Shown: positions 27,477-39,627 of the stretch, in pieces
How the letters are laid out: each line of letters opens with the position of its first letter
Position numbering within the stretch: the stretch's first letter is position 1
Source: Ramazzottius varieornatus
Taxonomy: Eukaryota > Animalia > Tardigrada
Assembly (NCBI GenBank): GCA_001949185.1
Contig: BDGG01000011.1
Coordinates: 1,412,597-1,476,596, forward strand
Reading direction: 5' to 3'
Length of the DNA stretch: 64,000 bases
Translations under genes and position numbers: made by a program
Notes under the pieces: model-generated
Told to the model about the DNA's origin: nothing
Databases searched by the model: none
What the model saw: the letters and a program-made list of their open reading frames with translations, nothing else

Positions 27477-27695
27477 TTACTCCTGTATTTTCATTTTGGT
27501 AAAATTTCACGGCTGATTGGACCTGTTCCGCGAGAATCGGATACTCCTATGCTCCTAGAGTAAAGACAAAAATGAGTGACGTACATTACCAGTATGTATG
27601 GATAGCCTGATTAAAAACACCCGATGTTCGAAGTCAGGAAAACCATGTTATTTTGCACAATTTGTGAAACGACAGTTGTTTTTCGTTTCAGAATA

Positions 27696-30600
27696 ATGCC
27701 TCAGTATCGGTACTGTGCTGTGTACAACTGTTCGCATTCTGTCAAACCGAAATGTCGAACCAACTACCCAGGCAAACTTCATTCCTTTCCCAATTCAGCA
27801 AAGAACCCAGACGTCTATGAGAGTTGGGTCAGATTTTGTGGGCGGGGTGAAGGCTGGAAACCGACTCAGACTGACTTCATCTGTGGCGTCCATTTTGTGT
27901 CGAAGAAAGGGAAGTTTTTTGGTACAGAAGAACCCATGCTGCCTGCGAACCTGATGGAAACTTCCTGTGAAAACACTGAGAATATTCCCTCACACCTACC
28001 TTTGGACTCTTCCTTTCAGTGCAACTCCGAAAGCTTCCTGAACACCACCCTTTCCTCCCCGAAAAAATACCATGATTGTCTTCCTCTGGACCAGACCCTC
28101 GACTCGAACGCTGAAGACGGAGAAAGCTCTGCGGAAGTTATTCGGAGCAGCATCGCCGAGTTCTACGAGTCTGCTTTCCCCAACGTTGCATTAGCCAAGT
28201 GTCCCCCTGGCTGGAAACTCGTTCTCGACAGTTCAACCACCGCGCTGTTCGCTGAGATTGATGAACAAACCACAGATGTCACTCGTTCTGTTGGAATAAA
28301 ATCGAATGGAGGTTCGTGTTAATTGTTTAAAATGGGCCACTTCTTTCTTAACACTCTCAGCACGAAGCTTTTCGTGTTCGCAGGGTACTACCGTCCTCGT
28401 CGTATTTACAACAGTTTGATTGGCAGTTTGATTACAACAGTTTGATTTACAACAGTTTGAAGGACCAAAAGGTGAGATCAGGAAGCGAAAAATACGGACG
28501 ATTGTATACACAAAGAGGACGGTCGTACTCAGAGTGTTAATACAGTCCGGTCGTCCGAAATCTGTACCAAATTTCCGCAGTTCTAAAACGCGAAAATTAT
28601 TCAAAGTCAACCACATGGCTCGCCATGTTCAGGCAGCCGATCATCTGCCAGTTGATTAGTTGATTTACCCCAGTTAAGCGACTTAAACCAGGGTGTAGTG
28701 CTTGTATTATGTAATTTTGGCATTTAGCATGGCATGCTGCATGGTGAATGTATGGCGGGCTCTGAACTGAGATCCAAAAATTTGGTACAGATTTCGAGCG
28801 ACTGGACTGTACCACTAAAATGTTTCTATCCATCTTTTAGGCATTTTGGCGAAACTGCTCGGGAAAGATTATGAAGACGACCAATTTGATGACTTCTACC
28901 CACTCCACAACCTCCAACATGTAGAAAAGCTGCTGCGATCGGTCGCTGAAGTTAGGCTATGCGCCAACCTGCGGATGCGAGCACCACATTGTGGAATGAT
29001 TTGCGAGTCATCCCGAAAGTTTTACTGTCCCGAATGCTCGCGAGTATACGAAAAAGCTACGAGATATAGGAAGTACGCAGCAGAGTCTACTCTAGTTCAA
29101 GAACGAAGATCAAGGCAAAAGATCGAAAGAACCCGCCAGTTCAAAAAGTAGATCGAGAGACGCGAGAACGACTTGGTTCAGCTGAGGAAAGAAGTTACAG
29201 ATCTAGACACAAAGCTGGAGCAAGCAATCCCCGTAACCGACGATGAGACCAGTTCTTTGTTATACCAGTTTCTACTAATACGTCGAAAGAACAAGTTCGA
29301 TCGGACTCGATACAACAAGTACATCCTGGAAGTGGCTGTTAACATCATGTATCACAGTCCTGCAGCGTACGAGTACCTCCGTGGCAGTCTGAAGTTTCCT
29401 TTGCCTCATCGTAATACCATCATGAAGATCACAGGTATAAATAAGTGAAGGCTTAAAATTGACTTTTTTGAACTTCAAAAACGACTTTTTATAATTCCCG
29501 GTTTCAGGCATGCTTTCTGGAAGATCGGGTTTCGTTCCGGAAGTGAAGGAGATACTCAAAGCGTACAGTGCTAAGCTTCCTCCGCACATGAGATACGTCA
29601 GTATCATGTGGGACGAAATGTCCATCAAGAGCTGCTGCTTTCGCTATCTGAAGCACGAAGACCGGATACTTGGCTTGGTAGATTATGGGGTCTACGGCTC
29701 GAAGCTTACTGCAAAAGAGGAGTCGCAGATTGCTGACCACGCACTGGTAGTCTCCGTGCAGAGCTTGTCCGAGAACACTTTCCAACCAATAGCGTACTTT
29801 TTCACTCACACCACAGTTAAAGCGACAGCTCTGGCTCAGATTATTGAAGCAGCTGTGGGATACGTGGATGAGAGTGAACTGACGGCAGTTTGCTTCGTGT
29901 GTGAAGGAGGCACATCCAACGGGTCCGCTTTCAAGGTGCTAGGGGTACTGCCGGGGGACCATAAAGTAACCGTCAGAGGAAAAAAGATCTATATCATCTA
30001 CGATCCTGTTCACAACGTAAAGTGTTCACGGAATGGTTTCCTCCACAAGGACGGTAGGCGATACGATGGAAAAGGCCAACCACTCAGGGTGAGAGGTTTT
30101 ATTGTCACTATCAGAACATTCCCTATATCATCGTTTTGCAGTTCGTCGACCCAGACGGTAGTTACATCCTGGCTGAGGACAACTGTCATGCAACTCTGGA
30201 ACTCTCTCACTTCCAGTTATTGTATGCCCATGATAACAAGGTCTCCCGTGAAGGCTTGAAACTGCACCCGAAACTCAAAGAGAAAGATGTCTATCCTGAT
30301 AAATTTTCGGTACAGAAGACCAACGGCGCGACACACTTGTTTAGCGAAACATGTGTTCGTGGATTGGAGAAGCTGGAGGAGCAAGGGCTTGCACAGTACA
30401 CTATCGCCACGAGGAAGTATGCACTCTTGATGAATGAGCTGTTCGATGTGTTGAACACTAGCCGGTCTGATCCAAAGTCATGCCGTCAACCAATTTACTG
30501 CTATGAGAAACACAGGCTGGAAAGACTGGAAGCGACCCGCAAACACCTGGTGCTATGGAGGGAGACGGTTCATGTCCAGTATCATCGGTTATCTAACATT

Positions 30601-31706
30601 ACGATCCACCACTGGGACGTAACTATCCGTAGCATCATCAGGTGCACTGAGTTTCTTTTCGAGCAAGGGTAGCTCTTCGTTCAGACGAGGCGTTTCAACC
30701 AGGACAATCTTGAGGTAAATTTTAATAATGAAAAGTTCTTGATTAGTTGACACATCGGTTGTAAGTGTAGTTTGGGTCTTGTAGCGCCTGTTCAGCAAGA
30801 TTCGGTATCGAGGGGGTCGGTGCCCTAACCCGAACTTGGAAAACTTCATCGCAGCTTGCAATTGTTGCACGCTGCATAGCGTTATTCACATCGGTCCTCG
30901 CACCAACCAGGAACCTGGCGGCGATGAAAATCCGTTTTCGGGTGCAGAAACCATCCAGCTGTTGAAAACCATAAAGAAAGAACTGGAGACCGAAGACCTC
31001 CCTGACGAAGTATATTTCTTCCAGAACGACGAAGAGCTTGATGAAGCCGAACTCGTCATGCCGGACGAACTTCCAGAGGTCGAAGCACTGAATCGTCAGA
31101 TAGTATATTACCTGGGTTAGTTTCCGACTTGCGTAACAATTAGCGTTCCACCTACACTGTAATATGCAAACTACTGTTGACTTAGGCGGGTTCTCGACAT
31201 ACAGAAGAAGAGTCAACACAAAACTTTGCTTCGAATGTCAGGACTACGGTTTCGTCAGCAAAGACTTTAGAGAGTTCGCTAATCCTCTGGACTCGGCGCC
31301 CACGGCATCGAAAGATCATGGTGGTCTGGAATACGTTGGTACTAACCTCCATAGACTTTTCTGCGATTTGGAAAAGCAGGTCCGACACTTCTTCCAAACA
31401 CATGCTACCGCTGACTGGATTCATAGGCCAGCACGGCAGCTAATTAGAAAGTTCAATGATTCCAGAGTGAAGGATATGTTTCTGTCAGCTGATTTTTTTC
31501 AAAGAGAAGAACGTTCTTGCATGTGTAACTGGAGTAAGATTCTTGATGATTTGCTTTTGTACTATGCTCAGATTCGTGTTCATTTTAAGTGCGAGTGGAT
31601 GAAGATCAATCTTGGTCGCAAACGCGGGAAGGCAAGTGATTTTGCGCATCGAAAGCTGATCGTGCAGTGCGACCTGCCTGTCGGGATGGCTTACCGTAAT
31701 GATTAA
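27696..31706 (+). mobile_element. P-element/THAP9-like transposase gene (intron-containing, pseudogenised)
   Basis: THAP C2CH domain (CAVYNC...SFP...W...CGVHF). P-transposase motifs SPAAYEYLR..LPH, WDEMSIK, FQPIAY, DPVHNVKCSRN, TRRFNQDNLE, FSKIRYRGG. In-frame TAG at 29149-29151 and 30670-30672. TIRs not found. Confidence 0.9.
28543..28809. mobile_element. Tc1-type MITE inserted in an intron of the P-like transposase
   Basis: ta-CAGTCCGGTCGTCCGAAATCTGTACCAAATTT ... AAATTTGGTACAGATTTCGAGCGACTGGACTG-ta. Confidence 0.85.
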
Positions 31707-32379
31707 CTTATTCTATTTTTACCTTATTTTTACCTTTTATGTAGAATTGCCCAGTTTGTCTTCTGGTGAACATTTGCACTCTAAGATCTCGACTAACTCG
31801 ACGATAGCTACGCCCTACCAGCGCATTTTTACCCAAGATCGAGGGTAGTATTCACGGCAAACGATGAAGTCAAACAGCTGTGTGAGCTGACTAAGCGACG
31901 TATGTTGACGTTACAATACATTGGCATGAATAACAGCACCAAGGTATCCACCGTGCTTGAGTTTGGTTTCGATTATTTGGCTTATTTGGTTAATCTCGTT
32001 TGCTTTTATCTTACATCCGAAAGAGCAAACATCTGTACTTCATTTTAATACGCACGAAGTACAGAGATGTCCACTTCTCGAGCGACCGGACTGCACCTCA
32101 TGCAAGAAGATCGCCACATCACGTCTTGAATTCAAGTCAGCATTAATGCGCGGGTATTCGGCGCTTGGTTCTCAAGTACCCTTCCGACACCTCGCTGTAC
32201 CGACTGCGCATATCTGGACTGGCAGATTTTCCCTGACGACAAGAGAATATTTTTCAATAAGTACTTGTTAGAGCACGTTAGCAGAGTCCATATATTCTGC
32301 AGAGTCTATGGACTCTGACGTTAGTCAGCACGTACAACCATTTCAGCACAGTCATGCTGATCGGGATAACGCTCCTTTA

Positions 32380-33160
32380 TCATGGGTCTTCAGCAACGAC
32401 TCTTTCCTGTCCATCAATGTGGATGGCTCGCAAGATGAGCACGGGACTAACGCCCAAGACCTTGATGAGTTCGCGCAGCCCCTTGCTCGGTTGCAATCTG
32501 ATGGACCAGATCACTGACTATGTCCCATGACAGAAAATATAACGCAGTTGGAATTTTATGAAAAGATACTTACCTTCCCCATAATATTATTGGACATGTG
32601 ACTAACTCCGGGATGAAAATAGGAGCCCGGCAAAGAAACGTACAAGATGGATATCAGAAGTGGGGCAAACTTCAAGCCAAAACCAATGAAAAAGTGCGCC
32701 ACTTCGGGCCAACGTTTTTTTTGATTCTATCTGCCGATTTCCCAAATGCACTGCGCGGGTACGCTAGTGAAAGTCAAACCTTCTTCACACCACCACATGG
32801 CAAAGTTATAAAATTCTTATAAATCGTCAAACCAACGATCCACGAAGCTTTGTCCACAAAAGTTTTCTCTCGGCTTACGCATCAACCGATTTATATCTTA
32901 TTCACAAAACCAGGTGTTTCCGGTGGTATCGAAGAAGTCCCTTATGAAGAAGTAATTGGTTTCCGGTACGTCCCCAGACTCTTTGAGGTCCGTATGATTT
33001 TCCGTGTATGTCTGCGTAGATGGTAACATGTGAGTCGATCGTCTGTACATTCCCTTCCTCCGAACCTTGGCGCACAGTGCTTCTACCTCCAACTCGCTGA
33101 TAGGCTCGTAGTTCCACAGCATCTCGATCTGACGCTCCAAGTTGTTAGTCGGCACCATCA
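32380..33160 (-). pseudogene. PPP4C: PPP-family phosphatase (PP4 catalytic subunit-like) pseudogene fragment
   Basis: LERQIEML...EVEALCAK / EEGNVQTIDSHVTIYADIHG / DLKE..GDVPETNYFFIRDFFD spread across shifted frames. A WGVSPRG-like remnant lies near 32450; the 3' boundary is uncertain. Confidence 0.75.
32657..32706. repeat. AAGTGGgGCA-N27-TGCGCCACTT single unit
   Basis: Left motif ends 32667, partner starts 32695. Confidence 0.65.
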
Positions 33161-34030
33161 CACAGTCTACTATACCTGGAGCATTGAAACACATAGGGTC
33201 GCGAAGGGTATCGAAACGATTCACAAGATTCCGAAGAAAATCAGTGGTTGGACCACTAGCAAGTGAAAATTGGCCATATTTTCGCAACAAAATAAATTCC
33301 GTACTTACGTCATTGATGTTCGCAGTCGATTGTGGAGCGACGACGTTGGACCGTCGAATTGGTAGACCACGTTGTCAAATACAAAACGGGCTGTGCAGTC
33401 AGCTGGGCATCAATCAACAGAACGAGGCGAACATTCGGAACGTTTAGCTATCCAAAATGAAGTTCAGACTAGGTCATGACGTCATATTCTCCACCAGAAA
33501 ATGTGTACCTGGAACGGCGCCCGCTGTGACACTAGTCCCCCCGGGGCCATAGCACGCACTATGGCAACACGCCACCAGCGCTAATCAATAATCAAAACCT
33601 TAACCAAACTTATCGGCGACATAGCCTTTTTGCTGTGTTCGATGGAAGCTGGAGTTGATTTAGCTGTTGATTGGTGGAACATTTTCCACTGTGGTCAACC
33701 CACACTGGTACTGTTAACATATCGGCAAGTTTACGATAAACTTCGCGCGGCTACAGAGCAGCTCAGGCAAATCTGATATTCTTGTTGACTTTGCATATCC
33801 GGCAAATACAGAGAACACGTACCCACGCCATTCGCTAAAGCGCACTTCGTATAGTCTGTCCGACAGAAGCCTTCATTGGCTACTGAGTATAAATTTGGCA
33901 CAAACCCTGCAAACTGGAGGTTCACATTCTTTTCGTGCTTTCTTTGGACGGATTTGACAATCTTTCGTAAGAGCGAAGGAACGTCCTGCAGGATCACGAA
34001 GTACTGTACACATCCGTAGACTGCAGATCG

Positions 34031-35191
34031 ATGGCGAACCCTACAGACGGCATGCCCAGCCCCAAGGAGCTCCTAATCGTGGAAGAGACAATGCCGAGTC
34101 CAGTACCAACTTCGACGGACGCTGGAGTAAACCAAGGGCAGTACAGCGTCATCGTCACTTCTTCACCTCAAGCCACGCCGCATACCAGCCCGTATCCCGC
34201 CCCGCAGCCTATTTCTGATCCCATCACCAAAATCCTACTCAATCCGACTGTTTTCGATCCGACGGGTAAAGTTCTGGTTGACAAAGGTACGCAAATGACC
34301 CCAGGTTTCGAGTCTTCGTTGATGGGTTCACCATATCATATGCAAAGCGAGAACCGCGGAACAGCGGCCATTTTCAACCACGAAGTTTTCCATCCCTCTC
34401 TGAAGCTCACTAGAAGGGAGGGAACCGAAGCCGACGTTGCAAGCCTGAAGAAAGCTTTTCAACTGTTGGGTTTCAAGTCGGAAAACATTCATCGTCACGA
34501 CGATCTTACTGTTGAGCTCTTACGGGAAGAAATGAATCGATACGCTCGTCAAACCGACTACTCTAATATGGACTGCGTTTTCGTGGCGATCTTGACGCAC
34601 GGCAATGAAGGTGGCATAGTTTACGGGTAAGCGATGGGAGCCGATATCATGCTATCATATGTGCTACAGTAACAGTTACATTAATTTAAGATATACATTG
34701 GGGCTGTTGATACTATTGATAGCTCTGACGGACCGATAACATTGGATAAACTTCTGCGGCCGTTCAAGGAAGATATTCATCCAACCTTGGTTGGCAAGCC
34801 AAAAGTATTCATTGTCCAGGCTTGTCGAGGAGGGAAAGCGGATGACGGTGTTGAGCTTCCCCCTGCAGTTGAAACAGACATTCATAATCTGCATCAACAA
34901 CGTATTCCAGTTGAAGCGGATTTCTTGTGCAGCTATTCGACGGCACCCGGCTATGTCTCCTTTCGGAGAAGCGAAGGATCCCATTTTATCCAGTCGCTGA
35001 CAAGAAAAATCACGGAAAAAAAATCCCGTGCTGGACTTGAGCAGAAGCTTGATTTCTTGCAACTTCTGGTGGACGTCTGCAAGGATGTATCGAAGAACTT
35101 TGAATCCTACGTACCGAGCCGCCCGGAGTTGCATGGGAAGAAACAGGCTCCTTGTCTGGAATGTGCAATCAGCAAGCGAATTCTTTTGTAA
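34031..35191 (+). CDS. Caspase (effector-type catalytic domain, Pro/Ser/Thr-rich prodomain), ~354 aa
   Basis: Exons 34031-34626 and 34723-35191. Motifs RGTAAIFNH, REGTEAD, ILTHG, KPKVFIVQACRG, IPVEADFL, GSHFIQSL. Confidence 0.95.
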
Positions 35192-35865
35192 AGAGAAACC
35201 GCCATACTTAGCTAGGCGGAAAGGAGTCACTCGTACTGTCTCCTTTGTTGAACCGTACAGTTCTACGAACAACAATAACCGGCTTTATAGTCTTTCCTTG
35301 AGTAGATTGTACTAGTGCTTACAATGCTAATCTGTCGACCGAATTTGGCTAATGAGGGGTCTAAATCGATATGGAAAATGCCGTCGAGAAACGACCGGCG
35401 ACTCGATGGACGCAATAAAACGAAGGGAAGGAGCATACTTCTAGCGTCCTCTGCTTTACCAAATTCCTTTGTATGTTTGTGCTTCCCGGGTGTTGGTTTC
35501 TGGATTTGCCAGTAGTGGAGCTCCGGAAACTGTGGTTCACCCCCAACCTTTCGATCGGTGCATACGTTAGACCCCGGTATAGCGACAAAATTGATATAGT
35601 GCCTTAAATCGTTCAGAGGGCGAATTCTTTTTTAACACTCTGAACACGAAGCAATTTCGTACCTGCAGAATACGAAGGGTACAACTGAGTTTCGCACGTT
35701 TTTAACTGGTTGCAAGATGAAAGAGGCGGAGACCGGCCAATCGCCGTGCACCCACATGAAGCCGCGAGCGATACCGTACCAAACGACCGTTATATGGCGC
35801 CACATGACCCGGGTGTAGCTTCAGCCAGTTTATTTGAAATCATTTCATTTACCATTATTCACACT

Positions 35866-37785
35866 TCACTTGGACTTCTTGCTATAATCTAAACAGAGAA
35901 CGGTTTGCTTTGTATTTCCATGTCCAGCACAAACATGAGTGTTACAGACATCACAAACTATCATTGTCCGTCGTTCAGATTTTCTTGGACAATACCGACA
36001 TCTGGTTGATTTCTTTGACGGAATATGAGTTTGAGTGTGAACGATAGAAATGGAAATTCCGTTCTGCTGCAACATCGAAGATATGAATTTCTTCATATGA
36101 AAGGGGAGACTGGGCACTGCCGCTCTACGCTGGAGCTGCTGTTTCATCATCTGCTTGCTCAGCTCCTGAAGGAAAATTCGACGCCTCGTTGGTAATGTGA
36201 GATTCCATTCCAGATTGACTTCGCACCAGATTACGTACGCGTTCACGGCAGAGATGTCCAGAAGGTCGTAAAACAACGCCATCGGCCAACGGCATGTTTT
36301 ACGACGACAACTGTAGTTTCCCGTTAGCTGATCCAAGGTATCGACTCCCGCTTTGGTACGGTTATACAGACAATTGCCGGTTTTTCTTCTTTGGAAAGTT
36401 CGTCTATTTCTCCAAAACAGGAAATGAACTGTGACGTCACACAGCAATATTCTGAGGGCTAATAGGTAAGCCAGAACGGCGTACTTCACCGGACGTCATA
36501 CGTCGCTTGCGATATAGTCTCAGAACTCACGCTCGCCAGTGGTACGTATGACGTCACGGCTAAACACAAACATTCCTGTACACTACAAGACAAGCAGACG
36601 AACGGTATCAACGTCATGGAAATACTTACGCGTCGGGATGCATAGAGCTGAGGAGAATAACCGCTTTGCCGTTCTTTGGAACGTACGAGACAAGAGTGAA
36701 GCCTGAGGTGTAACCGAACTGCGAGGAGAAAACTTCGCGCAGTTTGCTAGGCAAGAAGGCGGATGGGATTTCCGGCTTGTTCTTCCTCATGGTCCCAATG
36801 AGAGATATGTTTCTCTTCAGAAGAGCTTCGCCTAAGGCCAGAGAAGTGAAAAAGTTGTCTGTTGTCACATTTCGGCCTGAACTACCGAGATGTTCCACAA
36901 GATCCAGTACCACTCGTTACCTTTCCTCCTACGGGTTTTCCCGTATAAAGCTGTATGTTGCAGCAGTAGGAAGTTCGACAGCAACAAAGAAGGAAGAGCT
37001 TGAGGCCGTACTTACTCCGAGGCTTGGTTAGATGTACTGTTTGAAGCCGCAACGTCTTTTGAAAAGGAATAACTGTTCGTCGACACACATATGTTGGTAG
37101 GGAAAGTAGCAGCTTCTTAGACGGTCCGACCACAAATCGAAAACTTCTTTCACGTGAGCCATCTTGTCTGTCTTCAGTCGTTCATTACGAGTACGTTTGT
37201 CGTCGAATCGTAAACTGCAGGTAACCTGCGCGAACCTGTCTCGAGGCATACATGCTTGGTAAATTTTCTTCCCGTCACTCTCACTCCACAACTCCGAAAC
37301 AGGTACCGTACCATCATGATAAACACCTTGGAGCAGTAAGATACCAAGGTAAGCGTCGAGCTTCGTAGCGCCCAAAGTGGCCCACTGTTTCCCGTATCGC
37401 AGTTCACCCTCTTCGTTCGTGAATCAAATGATAATATCTTTTATGGAAGGAATAAAAAACAGGCCTAAACTATCCGTTATTTTCGATACCTAGAATCGAG
37501 CTCGAGCAGTCACTCCTCTAGGTCCTGTTATCCGGTTGACTGAACGAGCTTTTCCGCTGTTCGTAGGAAAACGAGCCCATTCGACGGCACCATTCCTACT
37601 CAGATGAGATCCAGTTTCGCCCAGCTGATACAGTATGTCGCCATCATCACTTTCCGTGTCCGTTTGCTCGTCGCGGGTTCCACCAAGTCAGGCTCATCCA
37701 GCAGTTCTGAATCGTCTTCCGGAAGGTCTGACACACAGCTTCCGCTCTCCGAACTTACACCGTGCTCCTCATCAACGTCCATACT
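35866..37785 (-). pseudogene. piggyBac transposase (PGBD4-like), with frameshifts and stops
   Basis: MPRDRF..LRFDD, VDEQLFLFKRRC, TDNFFTS, GTMRKNK, LSSMH, YNRTKAGVDTLDQL, RWPMALF and a C-terminal Cys-rich domain. Confidence 0.9.
36367..36578. mobile_element. Probable TA-flanked insertion interrupting the piggyBac transposase
   Basis: ta-CAG...CTG-ta between the LSSMH and YNRTK motifs. Non-coding, with only very short terminal repeats. Confidence 0.4.
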
Positions 37786-38864
37786 ATGATTCGGGCAAAA
37801 AAAGTCTAAGCGATAATGAAGGATGCATCCTTGCAGTAAATCCAATTTTTACCACAACAACAGAACAGTTCGATCACTTGTCAGAGAGTAGATTTGTTTT
37901 TATAGTTTTATACGCCAGTAAACTCTAATCCAGTAGTACAGAACGATGGTAATAGAAGACTACCGGTCAGAACATCACCGTCATTTTGAGCCAGACTGTA
38001 TCTGTCATGACAAATCAATGAATAACGTAGCAGCTTATCAATCAACAAGAAACATCAACCGGATATGCGCCATTCCATCGAAGCTACAGTACGAAGATTG
38101 ACAATAGTTCACCCTCGTCCCGATCCTCCTTTCACCTCACCTCCATGCACTTTAGGGATGTACTCAAGGACGGCATCGGGTTACACCAAGACACACTTTG
38201 GTCCATCTCGATCTATCGTTTTCTCGGTGTTCTAGAAACAACAGTAATTACAGCGGTGGGGCCACAGTCTCCCGAGGCCGATCTTATTCTCGCAGTTTCA
38301 AAGGAGAACGTACCAGTATCTGACTGCTCAGAGCAGCGTAGATAGCGAAACGAGCTTCCCTGCCTTCCAGTCCATGTGAGGCTGCTTCCATAAACGGTAC
38401 CAGGTTTCGTGGAAGAATCAGCCTTTAAGCAGGTTATGTTGACGAACAAGATCGCTTCACTCGATTACAGTTGTGAAAAACAGATAAAACTGTACATACC
38501 CTTGATTCTCAAACGCAGTCGCCAAATCCTGTTTCGCTGACATGTTTCTTCTGAATTAATGCTCGAACGGTAAACCGAAACAGATATCAAGAACAGTTAC
38601 TTGAAGAAAGCAAAACAACCTGTATCACACTGAAACGCAAAGAATGAAATTTTGGAGTATTCATTTGTTAGCAGTGACAGCGCCACCAGTACCGTGTGCC
38701 TCAGCTCCTGTGCCTCCTGTGCCTCATGTGCCTCAACTGTTTTCAACTGCTAGTATCGTTTTACTCACTTAAGCAAAAATCGCATGTTGTACGTCGACAG
38801 ATAGAGAATTTAGCGTCCTCACAGATAAGCAAAAGGATCTAGTCAACATAGTTTCCGTCAGTCA

Positions 38865-39627
38865 ACATAGTTTCCTTCGCGACATGGCAGGGGGCTTTAT
38901 CTTGATAGAAGATGACTTCTCTTGGGTCCAGTTTATCCTTCAGATCGTAGAGCATCGGCTTCGGGCATCGATCTTGGTAAGTTGCCTGGTTATTCTTGAA
39001 CCCGGATGGGAGAACGATAAGTCGAGTACGACCATCACGTCAAACTCCTCCGAAAATCATCGCCTTCAGTGGCGATTTTTGTAAACGTTTGTGCTTCTTC
39101 GAATCAGGAATCAGCTCAAACGACTTACCGTAGCACCGTTCCTGCTGTGAATTGAGATACTCCCCGACCAGAACGTAGCACTCGTCGACGAAAACAAAGT
39201 TGGGAATATCCGACTTCCGGTAGCGTTTCCGGAAGCGTTGAGCACATCTTTTCCTGGCGACTTTCTGGGCTTCGGTGATGAAAGGACGTATGACTTTGCG
39301 GTAGACTTTGATTCCGCGTTTCTTCATCTCTCTGGGTATGGCGCTCCGATCAATTCCTTGCTTTCTTGCCTGACCACGGATGCTGTTCTGCTGCGCCGCT
39401 TTAGTGAGGTTCCGGATCGCACGATTCAGGGCGTCTTTTCTTTCCTTCGACTGCTTCTTCGGAGGCTTCGCTCCAGTCCGATAACCGCCAGTCCTGATCC
39501 AGTGTTGAACAACGTTTCAAACGGTATAGTACGTACACAGAGACTTCACGATGGAATGGATTTCGGGAATTCTTTTCCCAGCCTGGTAGTGGGACACGAT
39601 CAACTTCTGGACCTCCACAGGCAACAT
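38865..39627 (-). pseudogene. Tc1/mariner (maT-like) transposase remnant nested inside the piggyBac, 3'-truncated
   Basis: MLPVEVQKLIVSHYQAG (HTH region)...ITEAQKVARKRCA...VFVDEC...MIFGGV*RDG...FYQDKAPCH; two stops; ends before the third catalytic Asp. Confidence 0.85.

Noticed and set aside
25918-31928. CATG...CATG as P-element termini
   Set aside because: Only a few bases are complementary and the 8-bp flanks do not match as a TSD.
38694-38735. TGTGCCTCA short tandem repeats
   Set aside because: Ordinary slippage-type microrepeat.
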